From: a virus
Length of the DNA stretch: 64,000 nt
Virus record (IMG/VR): IMGVR_UViG_3300042453_005424
Coordinates: 1 to 64,000 of that record
Strand: one strand, 5' to 3'
Shown here in pieces: positions 40,204 through 49,515 of the stretch; within the stretch, counting starts at the first letter, position 1; each line of letters starts with the position of its first letter. The notes beneath the pieces were generated by a model. That model did not search any database, was not told the DNA's origin, and saw nothing but the letters and a program-made list of their open reading frames with translations. The position numbers and the translations under genes are program-made.

Positions 40204-42393
40204 TTACATATCAAAATTATCTGCTTTTGACATGTTTATGGATAACTCCGGAGATTTCCGTTTTAAGAAAATTACCAGCTCCCCTAAATTTTTGAAAACG
40301 CTGGTAACTAATTCCACTAATTCAGGTAAATCGCCTCTGCCATACATATCTTTAAATTTATCTGTTTCCCAGTGGAGTAAAAATAAAATTCTACCAAGCC
40401 TATCCATAGCTTCAATGATGGATGGAAGGTACTCAGAAACTTTATCCCCTACTGAAACATATTTCGCTAAAGCTCCGATTGTATGCGCGTCAAATATTTC
40501 TTTTTGGTTGTTCTGCGCTAATTGAATCGCTTGTTGAACAACTCTCGGGTCTACCCCTTCTACGTCTGGCATAACACCTAACCCCTTACGAGTAGGATCT
40601 TGCGTATAGCTAATATCTGAGGAAAGCATGTTCTCCATACCTACCCCAGTAGTTGTGGCCTGTCCAAATTCGTTGGTATAGGGTGATTCCTCCAACGGCT
40701 GGGGGTACATATCTCCGGTGTAAGCTTGTTTTATATGCCCTTTTTTTGATATCCCTGGGACAAGAGAGTCTATTATTTTTTCAGACTCTTCAAAAGGTAA
40801 CCCAAACTCCATAGTCATGGCAATTTTTGCGCTAACAGGGTCATCATACTTTTTCTTAGCTCCGTTTATATCTATAAAATATTCGCTGCCGTTTGTGCGC
40901 ACAGACATAGGCAAAATATTTTTTTCAGTCAACAAATTATTTAAAGCACGTATCGATCCAGGCTCATGTCTGGTGTCTTCGTCGATCTTATCACCTCCCG
41001 CCTCTGCGGACACAGTGCTTAATTTTCCAGAACTAGGCTCAATCTTAAGTAATTTATACCCGGACGGGACATAAATTAAATTATCCTTATATTCCAGTTT
41101 ATCGCCAGGTTTTTTTGTAATCACCAAAAATACTTCTTTCGCCTGTTTGGGGTGGTTATAAAAATTACCTCTAGGAAGATCATGCACACTTCCGGGGCGG
41201 TCAGTTTTTCCACGATATTCTATACAATCGCAACCATGGTCATAAGCTCTATAAGGCTCTGCAGAAATTCTTCGAATTCCAGAAGCATCTTTGAAATTAG
41301 CTGTTATGTAAAACGGCTGGGTAGCATTTAAATTTTCATTTATTAATACATAAATATTTGAACCTGGACGAGCCTCGGCTGCGTCGACCATCATTTTATG
41401 CACATCAGAATAATCGGCTATCTTAAAATGGTCTTTAATAAATACTTTGGTGCTATCCTTTATATACGCGCTTCCTTTTCCGGACTCTAAATCGATAACA
41501 ATAGCGTCATCTGTAGAAAAATTTTGCTGAAGCTGCTTCGGACGAACTAAAACTAAACCATACCGCAAATTACCTGTAGCTGTAATATATGAATAAAATC
41601 CAGAATCTACAGGATTTGAAAAAGTCTTTTCATAATCTATAGCTCCAAACTTTGATTTTTCTCCAGCCTCTCGGTTGTCCAAAATGACAAACCCTTGGGT
41701 CAACAAAGTTTCTTTTTGCTGAGCAGTTAAATTCTTTACTTGCTCCTTATTCTCTTTTTTTACAAGTTTCAATTTGGCTGGAGCATTGTCTCCTGAGCGA
41801 TATTTATCTCCATCGTCTAAACTAATAGCTTCGGCGACCTTCTCCATAGGATAAAATCTCATAACAGCCTCACAAAAGTCTGCGTCTTTCTCCAATAAGT
41901 TTGCGAATGCCTTTTTGGTTGGGTTGCCGGAATCTCTTACATAATCGATAACTGAAGCGACTGTATATTTTCCGGTACGTGGAGGAACAACAAGCTGTCT
42001 GTAATCTCCCTGAGCCACATCGCGCATTATGTCAGATCTGCTTTCGTCTGAGTTTTCTCCCAGTCCTAGCAATTCCTCTTTTATGAACATTTCAGCAAAG
42101 TCTTCATTCAACGGATAAAATTGCTCGTTGTTTTTACTGTAGAGTAAATCAAGAGTTTTAACCTTACCATTAATAAAAAACACCGGAACAAATAAAATTT
42201 GCCCATTAGCCGAGCGAAAACCAAAAACCCCTAGAGCTTTCGTATTGTCTTCATTCTTTTTTACAATCTCAAATCCCACCAAATACGGGATTAAATTTTT
42301 GAGGGTATCTTGAAGACGTTGGTAAGCTAGTTGGAAAAAAGCCCCTTCGAGTTGGTCGTCTGCTGCTGCTTTTATTAAATTTGTTTTAGGCAT
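40204..42393 (-). CDS. Large putative head-internal protein next to RNAP beta'-C
   Basis: 729 aa; N-terminal IKAA and an internal IKQA site; no recognisable catalytic motif. Confidence 0.55.
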   Translation of the reverse strand: MPKTNLIKAAADDQLEGAFFQLAYQRLQDTLKNLIPYLVGFEIVKKNEDNTKALGVFGFRSANGQILFVPVFFINGKVKTLDLLYSKNNEQFYPLNEDFAEMFIKEELLGLGENSDESRSDIMRDVAQGDYRQLVVPPRTGKYTVASVIDYVRDSGNPTKKAFANLLEKDADFCEAVMRFYPMEKVAEAISLDDGDKYRSGDNAPAKLKLVKKENKEQVKNLTAQQKETLLTQGFVILDNREAGEKSKFGAIDYEKTFSNPVDSGFYSYITATGNLRYGLVLVRPKQLQQNFSTDDAIVIDLESGKGSAYIKDSTKVFIKDHFKIADYSDVHKMMVDAAEARPGSNIYVLINENLNATQPFYITANFKDASGIRRISAEPYRAYDHGCDCIEYRGKTDRPGSVHDLPRGNFYNHPKQAKEVFLVITKKPGDKLEYKDNLIYVPSGYKLLKIEPSSGKLSTVSAEAGGDKIDEDTRHEPGSIRALNNLLTEKNILPMSVRTNGSEYFIDINGAKKKYDDPVSAKIAMTMEFGLPFEESEKIIDSLVPGISKKGHIKQAYTGDMYPQPLEESPYTNEFGQATTTGVGMENMLSSDISYTQDPTRKGLGVMPDVEGVDPRVVQQAIQLAQNNQKEIFDAHTIGALAKYVSVGDKVSEYLPSIIEAMDRLGRILFLLHWETDKFKDMYGRGDLPELVELVTSVFKNLGELVIFLKRKSPELSINMSKADNFDM

Positions 42394-42423
42394 AAATATA
42401 ATCCGGCTATTATTGATTTACTA

Positions 42424-42452
42424 ATTTTATTTATTTTTTGCTTGTATATCAA
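42424..42452 (-). promoter_or_regulatory. Sigma70-type promoter
   Basis: TTGATA-17 nt-TAAAAT. Confidence 0.6.
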
Positions 42453-42466
42453 GACTCTTCTTACTG

Positions 42467-44326
42467 TTAGTAAATGTCTTCCTTTTCCCCAAATCCTACA
42501 CCATACGCTAACCCAGGTATAGGACTTGGTCCTTTAACATCTGAAACGGATCCTTTATTTACCATGTTTACAAATCTTTTCGCCAAATTGGTACTGTTCA
42601 GAACATGCATCCAATCTTCATGATGCTCAGGTATATCCAATAAACGCACCATCACAGGCTCAAAGTTGGGAGGATTGTCGTTCACCAACACAGCTTCAAT
42701 CCCATTATCTTTTAAATCTTTGATTACCCTGGAAGTTATTTTTGTACCTAGTGTGTAATGCAGCTCGGGTTTTTCCAGATATTTTCCGTAAGCAAAGTCT
42801 AACCTGAGATCTTTGGAATTTTCTCTAGGTTTATAATTTTTTTCAACGGCTGAATAGGAAACGATCTGGTCTGGTAGGTAATCGCCTAAACCTTCGGGAT
42901 CTGTTATTTGCACATGGTCGATAGCGGCTTTGGCTATAAGTTCAAAATTTCTACGATTGACACTTAAATTACTATCGTCGAAAGCTTTTTTCATCGCTTC
43001 CATATAATACTTTCTACCGTCTCCTATTCCTCTGTATTTAACAACTTCTCGAGGGTCTATTAAACCTGAGCTTAAAGCGTCTCCCTGCTCTACACTATCC
43101 CCGACAGAAACTGTAGGCTCTTGGTCTAACCCGATATAATGTTCGGTATTGTTGACTTTTATAAAATATCCTCCTGCCGCAGCAGGCTCGATTTTCGTAA
43201 TAAAGCCATCTTCTTGAGCTAACGGCGCTTTACCTAAAAATTGTTTTGGGACATTCGCCAATTGATTTATTAATTTAAACCCTTGCTGACTAGTTCCTAG
43301 TGTAGTAGCTGCACCTCCAGAATGTCTGGCTTTCATAGCGCTTTCAGTTAGTGGTTCTGCTACAGCTGTTCCTGCGACCAACCCAACATAACTATCTAAG
43401 GCGGCCATTCCTTTTTCGCGCACCCCAACACACATTTGGCAAAGTCCGCCCGCATGATGTTTTTTGTTAGCTTGACACGTCATCGGAGAACGTATGGTTA
43501 TACTTTTAATGTTTTTATTCGCGAGGTTATTTAACATTTTCAATGTAACCTCATTATTTCTATTATACTCGTCAACAGGTTTTGCTAAAAAAGAGCCCAC
43601 CGATTCTTTATCTTTCACACTAACGGATATTCCATTCATGGTGTCGCAATCATGCTCCACAACTTGAAGAGGCATGAGAGCGCGTGCGAATTGCTTTGAA
43701 CCATACCCGCCTTGGGCTACGGAAATTTTTTTCAAAACTTCTCCAGATCTTGTACCGAATGATGTTGTCAGATATTCAGGTAGAGTTAATCCCTCTGCAT
43801 AAGAACTTTTTATCGGTAAATCCATTTTAGGTTTACCGTCAGCATCCACAACAACACCTTGTGTAGCTATTGTTCCTCGATACTGCGCGGGAGATCCTCT
43901 TGAACCGGCAATAATAATTTTAGCTAAAGATTTATTCGAACTAAGCCCTTTTGACAAAATATCTTTTTCGATATTAGTCATCATGTCATTGTATTTATCG
44001 AATATCTTTTTATTTTTTACAGATTCTGAGTCATCACTTTTTTCTATTTTTGCTTTGAATGCGTCGAAATCCTCCCAAAGCTTATCCTTATCTATAGGAG
44101 ATACTAAATCTTTTAATGTGAGTGATGTTCCTTCTCGTGTGGCAATCTCGAAACCTAACCTTGTTAAATCCGATGTAATTTTACTGTATTCGGTCGGAGC
44201 TTTAGCAGCTAGTGCGCTAAAAAATTTAGAAAGCCCTTTTTTGTCTAAAACTTCATCGTCTATCAAATCATGAAACTGCGAAGGAGTAAAAAACTTAAGC
44301 AAAACTTTACCTACTGTGGTTACCAT
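42467..44326 (-). CDS. rpoC: Phage multi-subunit RNA polymerase, beta' C-terminal subunit
   Basis: TTVGKVLL, AGSRGS, EGLTLPEY...GTRSG (bridge helix), RSPMTC...LCQMC (Zn site) and AEPLTESAMKARHSGG (trigger loop) parallel bacterial RpoC motifs. Confidence 0.92.
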   Translation of the reverse strand: MVTTVGKVLLKFFTPSQFHDLIDDEVLDKKGLSKFFSALAAKAPTEYSKITSDLTRLGFEIATREGTSLTLKDLVSPIDKDKLWEDFDAFKAKIEKSDDSESVKNKKIFDKYNDMMTNIEKDILSKGLSSNKSLAKIIIAGSRGSPAQYRGTIATQGVVVDADGKPKMDLPIKSSYAEGLTLPEYLTTSFGTRSGEVLKKISVAQGGYGSKQFARALMPLQVVEHDCDTMNGISVSVKDKESVGSFLAKPVDEYNRNNEVTLKMLNNLANKNIKSITIRSPMTCQANKKHHAGGLCQMCVGVREKGMAALDSYVGLVAGTAVAEPLTESAMKARHSGGAATTLGTSQQGFKLINQLANVPKQFLGKAPLAQEDGFITKIEPAAAGGYFIKVNNTEHYIGLDQEPTVSVGDSVEQGDALSSGLIDPREVVKYRGIGDGRKYYMEAMKKAFDDSNLSVNRRNFELIAKAAIDHVQITDPEGLGDYLPDQIVSYSAVEKNYKPRENSKDLRLDFAYGKYLEKPELHYTLGTKITSRVIKDLKDNGIEAVLVNDNPPNFEPVMVRLLDIPEHHEDWMHVLNSTNLAKRFVNMVNKGSVSDVKGPSPIPGLAYGVGFGEKEDIY

Positions 44327-44328
44327 TG

Positions 44329-44760
44329 TTAAACAAACCTTTCGTCCGCCCCCAAAAAGCGGGCGCGAAGTGCTTCATAAAATGTAACCCCTGGAACCAA
44401 CACTCTTGCAACTTTTTGCTGCGGAATAAAATTATTAGAAATAACATTATTAGTCTTAGCTGTAGAAGAATCTTTTGGCTTTCCCACAGTGTTTTTCTCT
44501 TCGTCTAACATATTTTGCACGGATAATTCTTGAAATGCATCATCCATTAGCTGCCCTTCAAAATTATCCGCAGTTTGCTGCTTCGGTGTGGCTGTGGTTA
44601 CATCCGGTTCTGCTAATTCGTAGTTATCTCCATTATTTACCGTGAAAGGATCCCTGTGATCTTCGGCCAACTTTTCCTTTATATAACAAGCGTAGTCGTA
44701 ATTTGGATCTTGCTCAACTACACTATCTAAAAAAACGGATAATTTAGTCAAATCGAACAT
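44329..44760 (-). CDS. Acidic hypothetical protein with K-x-[A/S] sites
   Basis: TKLS, EKLA and QKVA sites; lies between the RNAP genes. Confidence 0.55.
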   Translation of the reverse strand: MFDLTKLSVFLDSVVEQDPNYDYACYIKEKLAEDHRDPFTVNNGDNYELAEPDVTTATPKQQTADNFEGQLMDDAFQELSVQNMLDEEKNTVGKPKDSSTAKTNNVISNNFIPQQKVARVLVPGVTFYEALRARFLGADERFV

Positions 44761-44778
44761 ATTTTTAAATTAATGAAA

Positions 44779-45648
44779 TTAACCTACCGCATTCATAGCC
44801 TGCGGGTATATTCCTCCTGCGGACCCCATCAAGGCTTCTTGTTGCTGTGAGTTTTGCTGCTGACTCTGCTGTTTTTCAAGTTCAGCCTTTTGTTTAACAG
44901 CTTCCATTTTTTGGTTATGTTGGTCTGCCAGTTGTTTAACTTTCAGTAATGAAGCTGTGGCAGACCCTTTCCCTATCAAATCCAGTAATTCTCGTACCGA
45001 TAAATTAACGCGTACATTATCCAGCTCATTCTTTGCTTCTACAGCAGAAGCTTCGGCAGAAGAAGCGTCATCCATGGCTGCTGGGGTATTTTGGCTGGTT
45101 CCGAAAAGCCCTGCAGCGTCTTCGTAGGATGCTTGCGCTTCCATAGGCGCTGCTTGCCCGACAGCTCCGCCATTCATCTGAGGAGCCAATTGTTGTAAAA
45201 TAGCCGCCAGCTGTTGTTCTCTTTGCTCAGGAGGTAACGCTTGAAGTTGAGTCAATAGGGGAGTGATTTGCTGCTGCAGCTCAGGGGGAATTTGCTGTAA
45301 AGCTGTTGTGACCTCGTCCCATAAACTTTGTTGAGGAGCAGCTTGTTGAGGAGCAGCTTGTTGAGGAGCAGCTTGTTGAGGAGCAGCTTGTTGAGGAGCA
45401 GCTTGTTGAGGAGCAGCTTGTTGAGGAGCAGCTTGTTGAGGAGCAGCTTGTTGAGGAGCAGCTTGTTGCTGTTCTTGTAGCTGCTGAGCAACTTGAGGGT
45501 TAGGTATGAAAGCAACTTTTTCGCTGCTGTCTGCGGTAGCTGTGTCTGTAGATGAAAATAGCGCCGTTAATGTTGTCTTGGCGGAGTTTTCTGCGGCTTC
45601 TTTAACTATTAAGTTGTTATATTGGTTTATCAAATCTACGATTTTCAT
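44779..45648 (-). CDS. Gln/Ala/Pro-rich putative head-internal protein
   Basis: VKEA and EKVA sites, (QQAAP)x9 and a C-terminal coiled coil. Confidence 0.6.
   Translation of the reverse strand: MKIVDLINQYNNLIVKEAAENSAKTTLTALFSSTDTATADSSEKVAFIPNPQVAQQLQEQQQAAPQQAAPQQAAPQQAAPQQAAPQQAAPQQAAPQQAAPQQAAPQQSLWDEVTTALQQIPPELQQQITPLLTQLQALPPEQREQQLAAILQQLAPQMNGGAVGQAAPMEAQASYEDAAGLFGTSQNTPAAMDDASSAEASAVEAKNELDNVRVNLSVRELLDLIGKGSATASLLKVKQLADQHNQKMEAVKQKAELEKQQSQQQNSQQQEALMGSAGGIYPQAMNAVG
45328..45468. repeat. Perfect 15-bp tandem repeat, 9 units plus 6 nt (encodes QQAAP)
   Basis: TTGTTGAGGAGCAGC repeated without mismatch. Confidence 0.95.
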
Positions 45649-45845
45649 AAGGCATTTTCTAATTCTATAATTTTAAATATTTTGTTTTGGAGCTCCGTTT
45701 TTATTTTACTTAATTTTCCTTGTTCTCGTGTATAGCTAAGGTTATGCTTACCTTTGTCTATAAGTACTAATTCCTGTAGATATTTTTGCAACTCCTCATA
45801 TTTATCAACTTCAGATAATTGAAGCCATTCAGTTTCGTCAAGCAT
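45645..45845 (-). CDS. Hypothetical protein
   Basis: 66 aa; overlaps the start of the next gene. Confidence 0.5.
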   Translation of the reverse strand: MLDETEWLQLSEVDKYEELQKYLQELVLIDKGKHNLSYTREQGKLSKIKTELQNKIFKIIELENAL

Positions 45846-45885
45846 AACTTAAAAGAATAGAAAGATAAAGATTAATCTATCTGAT

Positions 45886-48876
45886 TCAAACTTCAACGCG
45901 GTCGCCAACATCTAATTTACCGGCTAAAAAATCTCTTACAACTTCTTGCGCTGAGCTATATTTAATAGGTTTATTTTTTTTATCTTCAAAACTTGCAGCG
46001 AATAAACCTGTAGCGGCCTCGTTCGAAGGAGTGAATATCGGGCTGAATGTTCTGTGGTAGATTAAATTTTTCTCAGGCAATAGCTTTTCTTTGATTTCAT
46101 CTTTAGCTTCTTCTGTCGCCGGAACTTGCACATTCAACTGATCTCCATCACAATCAGCGCCGAAACCTTTAAACACCAAAGGATTTAATTTAACTGAAAA
46201 ATCTTTAGGATCAATATTTGTCTTTAGATAGAAACCTTGAAAATTATATTTAGATAATTGCGGATCTCGAGTAACAATTCCTGGGCGGTCCTCCATCTCT
46301 AGCTGGAGTGCATTAAGCGCCAACGGATGTTTTGTATCTAAGTATTCTCTAGCTTTAGTTGCAGGTATTCCTTGTTTAACCAATCTTCGAATTATAAAAG
46401 GAGCATATATACTCCAAGCAACATTTTGAGGAATGCTCGCTTGATTCAGATCTAACTTCGAATCAGGCAATAACACAGCTCTTCCTACCAAATCAATTGG
46501 TTTGTTAACAACTTTTGCCTGAAACATGGATTCTTTGGCTGACCCGCCGTGAACGCCTAACGCAGTAGCTAGTAAACCTTTATACCCTTTCTCTTTACTT
46601 TTTTGAGATATTGGGTCACCTAAACCATATATAGCTTGAGCACCTTCGTAAATTTTCTGTTTTGCCGCTCTAATGTGTTCAGGAGAAATATCCTCTATTT
46701 TTTCAGCATCTTTCAAAGATTTATTGACAAGCATCAAATCTTTATATAGCTCATTAATATCTGCCGAAAGAACTTGATCTCCCTGTATAATAATAGGGCG
46801 ATACTGTGCAGGAATAATTGGGATTTTAGATAACAACATATCACTAGGCTTGAGCCCGTGTGATTTAAGCATAGTTAAAAAGCTTAAACTTTTGACTGCC
46901 TCGTCTCTTCCGGATTTACGTTTGGTAGCAATAAATTGTTTAAGCTCATCAATTTTATTCTCTACATCTATAGCTTCTAATTTCTTTTCAAGCTCACCAC
47001 TAGCGATAGCCGCTGTATAATTCGCCTTGGTCATTTTTAACATTTTACGTAAATGTTCTTCAGCCATAGGATTAGGTATTTTATGACTCAACTCAATGTG
47101 ATTGAAATTATCTCCGTACAACCCAACATATGTAGGGTCAAAAAGGCCGTGCTCCTCATGCTGCAATTCATCTTTTTTTAACTTGTACGTGAGAGGATTT
47201 TTAATTTCCCCTGATGATAATGAAACAATATCTTTATCGGTTTGAGGAAAAATATGAAATTTTGAACCTTCCTGCTGAACATTAATTCCTGCTCCACGAA
47301 GATGCCCAAGAAACTTATTAAATATAAATGGTACTTTTGGAGGGGGTGGAGGATACCCTAATTTGAGGGCAGTCCAATAATCATCGTTTTTAGTAGAGCG
47401 CACCGTAGCGATATCCCTAAGCACTGCTTTCGCGTCATTCGATAAAGCAACCGTCGTAGCCAAGTTACCTATTCGTTTAGCTTTTTCTGTTGTTCCGGCC
47501 TTTGAAGGCTGCATATTCACATCATATGTAGTTGCAGCAGATCTAGCAGAAATTTTGTCCTCAGCTATATGGTGTAACCTGTTAAAATAAAGAGGTCCTG
47601 TTAGCACTTCGACCTGTTTGCCTGAAATTGGATCATAAAGCTTTTCAGTGTCTTTAATTCCTGCTTTGTCCAACGCGTCTATTACTTTTTGCACCGCAGA
47701 ACCTTCAGTAAATCCGGTCATATTGAGAGCTTTGCCTTTTTTCTGTGCTAATTTACCTAGCCCGATTGTATTCACCAACCCAGGAGCAACGCGAGAAGTG
47801 ATGCTCATGGAATTAAGGATAACATCCACAGGTTTGCCGTCTTCGTCTTGTGGCATTTGCGTATCAGCAGCGATGTGTACCACTCCTTTAGCTCCGAACG
47901 GCATATTCAATTTATCCCCAAACCCCATAGGGCGCTTTGTTTTAACAGTTACAGTTATAAGTTTACCTGTGTTAACTGAGTCAACCACTGTTCCTTCGTG
48001 CTCATATTCCCATGTTGTAGAAATATCATTAAAAGCATTTCTAATCACTTTAGATAACTTTCCAAGTTGTATATCCAATGATTTAAGTGTTTTAGGCTGG
48101 AAAGCCAGGATCACGGGATCTCCAGGTCGCAAAACTGTTCCTTTTTTTACTACTCCCTGAGAATCTATGGTATCTAATTGATCGTTATAGAACTTGTTAG
48201 GAAACAATGAAATATGCTGATTTTTATCTGTGGAAACTCCTCTAGCCACCTCTAAACGAATAGGGATGAGTTGCTCTCCTTCGAGTTTTTTTGCTGCAGA
48301 TTCAGATATAACCAAAGCATCCTCAAAATTAAGAGAGCGATAAGGCATAACCGCGGTTTTCAAATTCATACCTAGGGCTAAGTTGCCTTTATCATCTGAA
48401 TAATTCGAGGTAGCCAATAATTGCCCTTTTTCTACCTTGTCTCCTATTGAAACCGTAGGTTTGTGGTCTATATAACTTTCTCTTCCGACGATATAATTTG
48501 AATATCTGTCGTGCGTATGCTCTTTACCTGAAGAGTCTTTGATAACAATGGTATCATCATTAATTTTTGCAACTTTACCTGCAACTGACGATCTGATGCT
48601 TACTAAATTTCCAAAAAGCTGGTTAAAACTCTGTTTTCCTCCTTTAGGAGCTGACTGAACTAACGGAGCTTCTCGATTAGTTAACGTCATAGCTTGCAAC
48701 GAAGACTTATCCCCGATCAAAACGCGAGCCCCAGAAACAGAGCTGATTCCTGGAATTAAATTGGTTACAGGACTAAAAAACTCGGAAGGATCTGGTATAG
48801 TATATTTGGCTTTTTCAGATGAGGAAACTTTTTTTAATTTCCCTGCCACCAGCATATATTTATAATTTTTACCCAT
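45886..48876 (-). CDS. rpoBC: Phage multi-subunit RNA polymerase, fused beta C-terminal / beta' N-terminal catalytic subunit
   Basis: Beta motifs: GNLALGMN...NFEDALVIS, GDK...GAKGVV, MP.DEDGKPVDVILN...SR, LHHIAEDKISARS. Then beta' motifs: SSGEIKNP, HIEL, IPIIPAQYRP, GRAV and catalytic GADCDGDQ. Confidence 0.95.
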   Translation of the reverse strand: MGKNYKYMLVAGKLKKVSSSEKAKYTIPDPSEFFSPVTNLIPGISSVSGARVLIGDKSSLQAMTLTNREAPLVQSAPKGGKQSFNQLFGNLVSIRSSVAGKVAKINDDTIVIKDSSGKEHTHDRYSNYIVGRESYIDHKPTVSIGDKVEKGQLLATSNYSDDKGNLALGMNLKTAVMPYRSLNFEDALVISESAAKKLEGEQLIPIRLEVARGVSTDKNQHISLFPNKFYNDQLDTIDSQGVVKKGTVLRPGDPVILAFQPKTLKSLDIQLGKLSKVIRNAFNDISTTWEYEHEGTVVDSVNTGKLITVTVKTKRPMGFGDKLNMPFGAKGVVHIAADTQMPQDEDGKPVDVILNSMSITSRVAPGLVNTIGLGKLAQKKGKALNMTGFTEGSAVQKVIDALDKAGIKDTEKLYDPISGKQVEVLTGPLYFNRLHHIAEDKISARSAATTYDVNMQPSKAGTTEKAKRIGNLATTVALSNDAKAVLRDIATVRSTKNDDYWTALKLGYPPPPPKVPFIFNKFLGHLRGAGINVQQEGSKFHIFPQTDKDIVSLSSGEIKNPLTYKLKKDELQHEEHGLFDPTYVGLYGDNFNHIELSHKIPNPMAEEHLRKMLKMTKANYTAAIASGELEKKLEAIDVENKIDELKQFIATKRKSGRDEAVKSLSFLTMLKSHGLKPSDMLLSKIPIIPAQYRPIIIQGDQVLSADINELYKDLMLVNKSLKDAEKIEDISPEHIRAAKQKIYEGAQAIYGLGDPISQKSKEKGYKGLLATALGVHGGSAKESMFQAKVVNKPIDLVGRAVLLPDSKLDLNQASIPQNVAWSIYAPFIIRRLVKQGIPATKAREYLDTKHPLALNALQLEMEDRPGIVTRDPQLSKYNFQGFYLKTNIDPKDFSVKLNPLVFKGFGADCDGDQLNVQVPATEEAKDEIKEKLLPEKNLIYHRTFSPIFTPSNEAATGLFAASFEDKKNKPIKYSSAQEVVRDFLAGKLDVGDRVEV

Positions 48877-48884
48877 TTAAACTA

Positions 48885-48913
48885 ATATTACCTTACCAAA
48901 TATGAAAGATCAA
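48885..48913 (-). promoter_or_regulatory. Sigma70-type promoter for the RNAP fusion gene
   Basis: TTGATC-17 nt-TAATAT. Confidence 0.55.
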
Positions 48914-48930
48914 CCAACGGAATTAATTTT

Positions 48931-49269
48931 TTAGTTTTTTTTTGTTTTTTTATCTTTAATTTTTTTGTTAGACGGAATGTCGGCATCTTCGTCTATAAAC
49001 CTCAAACCGCACCGCCAAAGCACCTCAGCCATATCGTCGGATATAACATCTACAATATCGTTATCTATCTCCCATATAGCGCAATGAATCAGCTCGTCTA
49101 TAAGTGTGGCTAACAGTTTTTTACCTCGTTCTCCGCGGTCTATAAAAACTCCCTTGTTCTTAGTCTCCGGATGATCGGTTAGCCCTCGGGCTTCTCTCAG
49201 TTTTTTTAAACCGAATTTATACCTTTTTCCACGCACTGTGATTGATTTCACTTTTTCGATAGCTCTCAT
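48931..49269 (-). CDS. Small metallopeptidase-like protein (HExxH variant DELIH)
   Basis: RGLT...VFID...LATLIDELIHC pattern; ATG 49269 preferred. Confidence 0.5.
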   Translation of the reverse strand: MRAIEKVKSITVRGKRYKFGLKKLREARGLTDHPETKNKGVFIDRGERGKKLLATLIDELIHCAIWEIDNDIVDVISDDMAEVLWRCGLRFIDEDADIPSNKKIKDKKTKKN

Positions 49270-49383
49270 AAATAAACATAATTTACTAGATTTACCTGAA
49301 TGGTTCAAGCCACAAACAAGAAAACTGGTATACAGTCTATGGTAGATCTGCTTTCCCTCATATCAACAGATGCTTTCTCCCCC

Positions 49384-49412
49384 TTGACTCCACGATAATT
49401 GATGAGTAGAGT
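49384..49412 (+). promoter_or_regulatory. Sigma70-type promoter for the Rep-like gene
   Basis: TTGACT-17 nt-TAGAGT. Confidence 0.5.
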
Positions 49413-49515
49413 TAGCTCCGATATGTCTAAGAGCATATAGGCACCTGACAGCAATGTACTCAATCGAGCCTGAAAAGAGTTGAGTAGTGTGCTGCACAAT
49501 AAACATACATACAAA

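Noticed and set aside
45328-45468. Possible CRISPR array
   Set aside because: The units are contiguous 15-mers without spacers, in frame within a CDS, and no cas genes are present.
45252-45515. 87-aa LLLNK-repeat ORF
   Set aside because: It is an alternative-frame reading of the QQAAP tandem repeat.
42467-48876. Bacterial chromosomal rpoBC operon or pseudogenised host genes
   Set aside because: The genes are highly divergent, catalytic residues are intact, no ribosomal protein genes are adjacent, and they are embedded among virion genes.
45886-48876. Intein or intron explaining the RNAP splits
   Set aside because: I saw no intein C/S...HN-C/S/T boundaries or homing-endonuclease motifs, and the intervening DNA holds ordinary genes.
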